Program-made: the position numbers and the translations under genes
Virus record (IMG/VR): IMGVR_UViG_3300022895_000010
Direction: 5' to 3' (one strand)
From: a virus
Length of the DNA: 64,000 nucleotides
Part shown: positions 58,620 to 64,000 of the stretch, piece by piece
Position numbering within the stretch: the first letter of the stretch is position 1
How the letters are laid out: the number at the start of each line of letters is the position of its first letter
Notes under the pieces: generated by a model
What the model saw: only the letters and a program-made list of their open reading frames with translations
What the model was told of the DNA's origin: nothing
The model's database searches: none

Positions 58620-59843
58620 ATGGATATGCGGAATTATTCTAGATATGCTTATAAAGCTGATCTAAAATTAGTGTTCTCTGATAGTACGTTTGCTGATATA
58701 TCTGAAAATATTGTAAATATAGTTATTAAGAATCATTATGAGCGTTATGTATTTCCAGTAATATTTGTGAGATTATATTTGAATGTAGAAAACTTTACTA
58801 AGATTCAGAATGATAATGGTGTTAAATTAAACCTTAATATGAGAAAGTACAGAGAAGATGATGTAAGCAATAATGACTTAATGAAAACAGTGATATATAC
58901 TGATTATATTAATAATCTAAATCTTGTTCCTATTAAGAAAAATATTACACCTATTTCAGTTGATGATAAATTATATAATAATACAAATAATCCTCAATCT
59001 AACTTCTATATGGATCTAATTCTTATGACCGAAGATAGTTTGAATATTAATAAAATGGTATTCAATGGTATTTATAGAAACTGTTCAGTAGTTGAATTAA
59101 TGGCTCTTATGGTTAAATATCTAAATAAAGATGTATTAATTGAAAGACCTGATAATGCTTCTATGATAGACCAAGCTATATTAATACCTGATAACTTTAT
59201 TAATAATATTCGTTATATAAATGATGTATATGGTATCTATAAATCGGGATTGAGAATGTTCTTTGGTTTTGATCAATATTATATTTTATCAGGATTAATA
59301 AATGCTAAGACGCCTAGATCGCTTAAAGACGATGTTGATAGTATTGTACTTAATATTCAATTTTCAGAGGTAGATGTTAGAAATCGATTTTATAATCATG
59401 GTAGCTTCGAGGATGGAAATAAACGCATCATAACTACAACAGAAAAGAACGTATTTATAGGAGATGACCAAATCCTTAAAAATGAATTAACAGGTACAAA
59501 TAATTACTTTATGTCCCAAAGTGAGGGATTCTCATTAAATCATACGAAGTTGGATAGTGATATAAATAAGACGAAAGTATTTAAGAATAAATATTCCAAT
59601 CCATATAAAGAGGAAGAATATAGATTGTCTAATAAAAACTATGTTAGTGCTGTTTATAGCTTCTCTGATATCGATATAGACTTATTGGGTTGTAATAAAT
59701 TATTCAACTTTAATTTTATGAATTTAAACTATGTAGAACATAATGGGTATTATCAAATGATTGAATCATTTATAGTATTTGAGGTAGATAATAAAGATAA
59801 CTTAGTCCTTAAGGGTAAGGCTACATTTAAAAAAATTGGATAA
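58620..59843 (+). CDS. Hypothetical, possibly baseplate hub/tail-tip protein
   Basis: 407-aa beta-rich ORF with SD AAGGGGG. Confidence 0.35.
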   Translation: MDMRNYSRYAYKADLKLVFSDSTFADISENIVNIVIKNHYERYVFPVIFVRLYLNVENFTKIQNDNGVKLNLNMRKYREDDVSNNDLMKTVIYTDYINNLNLVPIKKNITPISVDDKLYNNTNNPQSNFYMDLILMTEDSLNINKMVFNGIYRNCSVVELMALMVKYLNKDVLIERPDNASMIDQAILIPDNFINNIRYINDVYGIYKSGLRMFFGFDQYYILSGLINAKTPRSLKDDVDSIVLNIQFSEVDVRNRFYNHGSFEDGNKRIITTTEKNVFIGDDQILKNELTGTNNYFMSQSEGFSLNHTKLDSDINKTKVFKNKYSNPYKEEEYRLSNKNYVSAVYSFSDIDIDLLGCNKLFNFNFMNLNYVEHNGYYQMIESFIVFEVDNKDNLVLKGKATFKKIG

Positions 59844-59844
59844 T

Positions 59845-59884
59845 AAATAACCGATATAAGAAATTAATCTTATATCGGTTATTT
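59845..59884. terminator. Bidirectional terminator
   Basis: 17-bp perfect stem AAATAACCGATATAAGA/TCTTATATCGGTTATTT between convergent genes. Confidence 0.75.
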
Positions 59885-59890
59885 TAATTA

Positions 59891-60862
59891 TTATTCTACT
59901 TCAACGCCAGCGAATAAAGTAGATACGAAGTCAGTACCTTCAGTTTTAACTTCTTTTTCTTTTTTAGTACCGCCAACAGCTTTCTTAACAACACGAAGTG
60001 CGTCAGAAACTAATTGGTTGTATAAAGATACAGAAGTAGATTTAGCTTTGTTAACTAATACTACAGCATTTTTAGTTGTAGCAATTTTGTTTTTGATTGC
60101 TTTTTCGTCTTCTTTAGCACCAGATTGCTTAGCTTGTTTAGCATGAACATCAGCAATTTTAGCACCTTGTTCAAGAACACGGATAGAAAGATCGAAAGAA
60201 GTAGAAAGCTTTTGTTTGTTAGCACGAGCAGTACGACAAACGTCAGCCATTTCTTTTACTTTAGAAGCATCATAAACAGTGTCTTTCTTAGCATCTCCAC
60301 GAACTGTTTTAACTAAGTTCTTAGAGAATTGATCAAAACTTACACCGAATACTTTCTTAGAAAGTTCGTCAGTAGAAAGAACTTTGTCGCCAGAACCTAA
60401 ACCTTCAGCAGTTTTTGCCGCTTGGTCAGCTTTAGACATAACTTGTTCTAATACAGAAGTTGTACCTTTTGGTTTCTTCCATGCATTAGTGCTAACTTTT
60501 ACTTTACCATCGAATTTAGCGATAGCTTCTTTGTGTTTTTCAACAAAGCTACCTGCGAAGTCGAAGTAGTCAACAACTTTCTTGATAATTGTAGAAACGA
60601 ATTTCTTAAGTTCAGCAACACGATCAGCGAACCATTTTTTAACAGAATCCCACCATCCAGTTTGAGTTGCTTCTAAAAGTGCAGCGTCTTCATTCTTGAT
60701 AGCAGTATATTCTTTATTAACTGCAGTCATCATGATGTTATTCCAAGATACCTCAGCATCAAGAGTAGCTTCCATTAAACCTGTAACGTCCTCAAGGAAC
60801 ACAGCATCCGATTGTACTACATCAGTTTCCATTTCTTCTAATAAGAACATAATATGATCCAA
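59891..60862 (-). CDS. Abundant internal head/virion protein (Ala/Lys-rich, acidic propeptide)
   Basis: Acidic N-terminus with LxE sites, then W..VKKWF helix and basic body. Two late motifs at 60883-60894 and 60929-60940. The start is probably ATG 60853. Confidence 0.6.
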   Translation of the reverse strand: MDHIMFLLEEMETDVVQSDAVFLEDVTGLMEATLDAEVSWNNIMMTAVNKEYTAIKNEDAALLEATQTGWWDSVKKWFADRVAELKKFVSTIIKKVVDYFDFAGSFVEKHKEAIAKFDGKVKVSTNAWKKPKGTTSVLEQVMSKADQAAKTAEGLGSGDKVLSTDELSKKVFGVSFDQFSKNLVKTVRGDAKKDTVYDASKVKEMADVCRTARANKQKLSTSFDLSIRVLEQGAKIADVHAKQAKQSGAKEDEKAIKNKIATTKNAVVLVNKAKSTSVSLYNQLVSDALRVVKKAVGGTKKEKEVKTEGTDFVSTLFAGVEVE

Positions 60863-60944
60863 CTCCTTTAAAAAGTTTAAATTATTTTTTTGTTTAATAT
60901 TTGGTTAATAATTTTTATAAAAAAATTATAATTTAATGTTTGTT

Positions 60945-61943
60945 TTAAATTAAGATATCAGTTCCTATGCTATTTCCATAACCATCATTCTTGATATCAT
61001 TAACAATTTCTTTATTATTGTGTTCAAGATCACTAGAAGATTTTGATTGAGATTGAGAAGAATCGATGTTAATCTTTTCAGATAATTCACCTAAACGTTT
61101 AACCCATTTCTCCTGTTTAGACTTGATGACTTTAGCATCACGACCATTAATAGTAACTAGATTCATTTCTAATAATGTTTTAACAGTCTCTAATTTTTTA
61201 GCAATCATTACACGAGTATGGAAGTACATATAAACTACACCACGAATAATACTTAATAAAAGAATAAATCCACCAAAGATTCCTAGAGAAATACTTAGTA
61301 CTGATTCATTTTTTCTTAAAGCATTAGTAATAGATGCACCTAGTTTACCGTTTGATTCCATATCGTTAACTTTTAATAAAGCATTGATATAGTTATTGCT
61401 CATTAAAGGTTTCTTTCTATCTTTCTTAATTTGTGCTTTATAGATTCCTAATTGATCTGTAGTAACTTCAATAGCTTCTGAAATAACAATAGAAGTACCT
61501 TCGATTAATGAAATTACTAGAGAATCATAAAGATATACTAAAAGCATATTACTAGTACGGAAACCAGTCATGAACTTTTCACGATATTTCTCAAGAATTG
61601 TAATAGTACCTTTAAGAGCATTTACAGTTTCTCGAATTTGCATGTCAGCATCTTTATCATTAATAATTAAACTATCAATGAAACGAATACCGTCTGTAAT
61701 AGTTTTATATTCTTTAAGCTTATGGATATCACCTTTAGTATGTTCTGGAACGCTAAAGTCTACATCTAAAGCTTTATTCTTAATGTCATTGAAAAGTTTA
61801 GTAACTAATTTATCAGCCAATAAAGACTTTTCATCTTCATTAAGTGTACGAATATCACGAGGTTTCCAATCTGAACCCTCAACTAATAAGTGTTCTGATA
61901 GAACATTTTCACCTTTAAATCGATTTTGATTTTTACCAAACAC
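60945..61943 (-). CDS. Putative head/virion protein with hydrophobic helix
   Basis: GTG start, SD AAGGAGG. TKGDI motif and C-terminal hydrophobic segment, within a late operon. Confidence 0.5.
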   Translation of the reverse strand: MFGKNQNRFKGENVLSEHLLVEGSDWKPRDIRTLNEDEKSLLADKLVTKLFNDIKNKALDVDFSVPEHTKGDIHKLKEYKTITDGIRFIDSLIINDKDADMQIRETVNALKGTITILEKYREKFMTGFRTSNMLLVYLYDSLVISLIEGTSIVISEAIEVTTDQLGIYKAQIKKDRKKPLMSNNYINALLKVNDMESNGKLGASITNALRKNESVLSISLGIFGGFILLLSIIRGVVYMYFHTRVMIAKKLETVKTLLEMNLVTINGRDAKVIKSKQEKWVKRLGELSEKINIDSSQSQSKSSSDLEHNNKEIVNDIKNDGYGNSIGTDILI

Positions 61944-61959
61944 CAGAATTCCTCCTTTC

Positions 61960-63159
61960 TTAGCGGAACATAGATTTCGAACCAGTTAAGTCCGTATCTT
62001 TTTCCTTTGCAAAGTTTTTAAGAGAATCAAATGAGAAGTGATTGAAGTCTCTTGTATTGTCATTAAAGATGTAAGCAATTTGAGTTGTTTCATCAACAAT
62101 AACAAACGATAGTAAGAATAGTTTCTTCATGATTTTATAAACTGCGCCTGTATTACTAATTAAGTCTAGACCATGAATATTTTTAATATTGTCTACATCT
62201 TGTTTACTAATACATAAAGTAGCAGTTGGAATTGGAGAACCTTTCTTACCTTTTAATAAATCAGCTTGTCCAAGAATTTTACGAACTTCAGCTTCTTTAC
62301 CCATTGTTGAAAGTTTTCTCCACCAGTAATTATCCTTACTTGTGTTTTGCTTAGCCATTTTCTTATTCATATCAACAGCTAATAAAAGATCCTTGAATAA
62401 TTTAATCTCACCAGATGTCCAACGAATTAATTGGAAGAACTTGTTGCTATCTTTAACAGTATCAGATAAGTAGTAAACTACATCATCAGAACTTACTGGA
62501 TGGATAACAGTCTTAACACCGAAAGTGATATTTTGAGTAACTACCTGTTGGTCTACTAACCAGTTAATTGTAGCTGATACAGTAGTAGGAGTTAAATCAT
62601 TAGCTTTCTTAATATCGTATTTATCAATGTTAGCTTTTACGTAACTGCTTTGAGGTACTCCTTGACCATTACGGTTTCCTCCAGCGTTGCTGTTTTTAGC
62701 TTCTGATAAATAACGAGGAATAGTAAAGTTATTTAAAATATCAGTGTTCAGTTTAGAATCAATTGATTCTAGTAAACTCTTATGAGATTTTTCAATATCA
62801 GTAGGTGTAACATTCTCGAAATAAGAACGGTTAATATTCTTATGATATTGAGTAATAAACTCAGTAGCAGAGATTTCTTTAGTACCATCTGCTTTTTGGA
62901 TGTTACTAGAATTTAATAGAATAGATACAAGGTTCACATATTCGTGTTCTAGGGAACGTGAAAGTAATGTAGCTGTATCTAAAGAGATAGTATCAGAAAG
63001 TAATAAAGGATACTGAAGAACTAAATCCTTAGTTCTACTTTTGATAGAACTCCCTAATGGATTTTTAATTGCTTTACCCATTTTGTAGCCTTTCTCAAAA
63101 CCCTTTCTATCCATTTTCAAAAGGTCAAGGGCTACTCTGACTAAATCCGAAACGATCAT
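61960..63159 (-). CDS. Putative head/virion structural protein
   Basis: LQYPLL, KKANDLTPT, FGVKTVIHPV, IRWTSGEI motifs. Late motif at 63200-63211. Confidence 0.5.
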   Translation of the reverse strand: MIVSDLVRVALDLLKMDRKGFEKGYKMGKAIKNPLGSSIKSRTKDLVLQYPLLLSDTISLDTATLLSRSLEHEYVNLVSILLNSSNIQKADGTKEISATEFITQYHKNINRSYFENVTPTDIEKSHKSLLESIDSKLNTDILNNFTIPRYLSEAKNSNAGGNRNGQGVPQSSYVKANIDKYDIKKANDLTPTTVSATINWLVDQQVVTQNITFGVKTVIHPVSSDDVVYYLSDTVKDSNKFFQLIRWTSGEIKLFKDLLLAVDMNKKMAKQNTSKDNYWWRKLSTMGKEAEVRKILGQADLLKGKKGSPIPTATLCISKQDVDNIKNIHGLDLISNTGAVYKIMKKLFLLSFVIVDETTQIAYIFNDNTRDFNHFSFDSLKNFAKEKDTDLTGSKSMFR

Positions 63160-63243
63160 ATATTTACCTTCCTTTCTCTTTTTAATATATGAAAAATAAT
63201 AATTAATTGTTATAAAAAAAATTTACTTAACTTTTTAACACCC

Positions 63244-63275
63244 AAAAGCTGTTAGTAAAATTAATTACTAACAGC
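63244..63275 (-). terminator. Intrinsic terminator
   Basis: GCTGTTAGTAA/TTACTAACAGC stem with a U tract on the minus strand. Confidence 0.7.
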
Positions 63276-63306
63276 GCATTTGATATAAGCACCTAAGAGG
63301 AGTATG

Positions 63307-63363
63307 TTATTCTTCACAAGTGTCTTCTTCTAAAAGTGAAAGTAGAAATCCTAAAAATAACAT
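63307..63363 (-). CDS. 18-aa peptide MLFLGFLLSLLEEDTCEE in a structured transcript
   Basis: Strong SD TAAGGAGG (63373-63380), ATG at 63363, TAA at 63307. Has its own promoter motif and terminator. Confidence 0.5.
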   Translation of the reverse strand: MLFLGFLLSLLEEDTCEE

Positions 63364-63502
63364 GGCTTTGCCCCTCCTTAAAATTTAAAGGAGTTCTAAT
63401 GTGGAAACAGACTATATGGGTGTTTAAATGTTTCCAGTTTTTAGGTTTTATCAAGGAAAAAACTTATATCACTAGTTCAATTCATTAGAATCTCTCAAAT
63501 AA

Positions 63503-63515
63503 ATAATATGTATTT
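63503..63515 (-). promoter_or_regulatory. Early-type promoter motif
   Basis: AAATACATATTAT on the minus strand, just after the terminator of the upstream gene. Confidence 0.5.
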
Positions 63516-63552
63516 ATAAATGAAATAAAAAAAAAGAGAGTATAAAACCCTC

Positions 63553-63999
63553 TTATTGTAGTCCAATATACTTCATATAATTAGACCATGCATTATTTAT
63601 CATGCCTTGAAAATCTCTCTCTAAAATTATTTTATCTTTTAATTTAATAAAACCAAATAAATCTTGAACTATACAAATTCCTGGTCTATCGTAGTAAACT
63701 ACAAATTCCCAATCATTATTATATATAGTTTGATATGTATATCTAGTCTTAAGTTGAACATCCGAGTTATTAATACGGAAATCAACACCATTCTTATCTA
63801 ATAAACTATCTATATAAATGAATAATAAGTGCTTTCTTCCAGTATCATTAAGAAACTTTTTAGTTAAACCTAGAATATTAGCTACACATATTTCTACATA
63901 ATGTCCATAATTCCAATCTTTAGGTGTATCTTTTAAATCATATCTTAAACCTTTAACTCCATTTGAAAATGCTTTTCTCTTGTGATAATTTAACTCATT
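63553..63999 (-). CDS. 5'-partial ORF, possible PD-(D/E)xK-like nuclease
   Basis: Open to the window edge. G...E, D..GVDF and VQLK motifs. Absent from the ORF track because its start lies outside the window. Confidence 0.45.
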   Translation of the reverse strand, partial: NELNYHKRKAFSNGVKGLRYDLKDTPKDWNYGHYVEICVANILGLTKKFLNDTGRKHLLFIYIDSLLDKNGVDFRINNSDVQLKTRYTYQTIYNNDWEFVVYYDRPGICIVQDLFGFIKLKDKIILERDFQGMINNAWSNYMKYIGLQ

Positions 64000-64000
64000 T

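Noticed and set aside
5694-61929. Short ORF-track entries nested in or antisense to long genes (e.g. 5694, 8053, 11262, 13998, 16876, 17277, 20852, 25132, 33996, 36414, 38003, 44936, 45875, 47064, 47960, 48322, 49292, 50075, 50363, 51094, 51129, 55657, 60125, 60384, 61570)
   Set aside because: These are shadow ORFs arising from codon bias. They have no SD or motifs and overlap better-supported genes.
63304-63333. Plus-strand mini-ORF MLFFTSVFF antisense to the 18-aa peptide
   Set aside because: Its apparent SD/ATG is only the mirror image of the fold-back stem, the SD spacing is too short, and no plus-strand promoter motif was found.
1-64000. Alternative genetic code or bacterial chromosomal origin
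   Set aside because: Standard code 11 gives dense, full-length ORFs. Split RNAP halves, virion genes and phage-type promoters indicate a jumbo phage.

Overview
This 64 kb window is very AT-rich and gene-dense. It comes from a jumbo myophage of the phiKZ-related, Bacillus AR9/PBS1-like group, probably infecting a Bacillota host. The left 21 kb is a tail-fibre/receptor-binding and lysis block. Elsewhere the window encodes two split beta'-like RNA polymerase fragments, a GroEL-like chaperonin followed two genes later by a 465-aa candidate for the AR9 gp226-type promoter-specificity subunit, primase, RNase HI, a 5'-3' exonuclease-like protein, a stand-alone PolB-palm-like protein, a MazF/PemK RNase, baseplate and head proteins, holins, and several tandem paralogue arrays. 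Two promoter classes can be read from the intergenic DNA: AARTAYATATTATA (early-type) and AACA-N6-TA (AR9 late-type, which in AR9 depends on uracil-DNA). Signals missed by the ORF track include (i) a start-less -1-frame ORF behind the baseplate/tail chaperone gene, suggesting programmed frameshifting, (ii) a highly structured stand-alone transcript encoding an 18-aa peptide with a sequestered RBS, resembling a type I toxin mRNA, and (iii) a ~280-nt GGA-rich non-coding transcript. No tRNA, rRNA, CRISPR array, reverse transcriptase, intron or transposase was recognised. All homology calls come from motif recognition by eye, not database searches.
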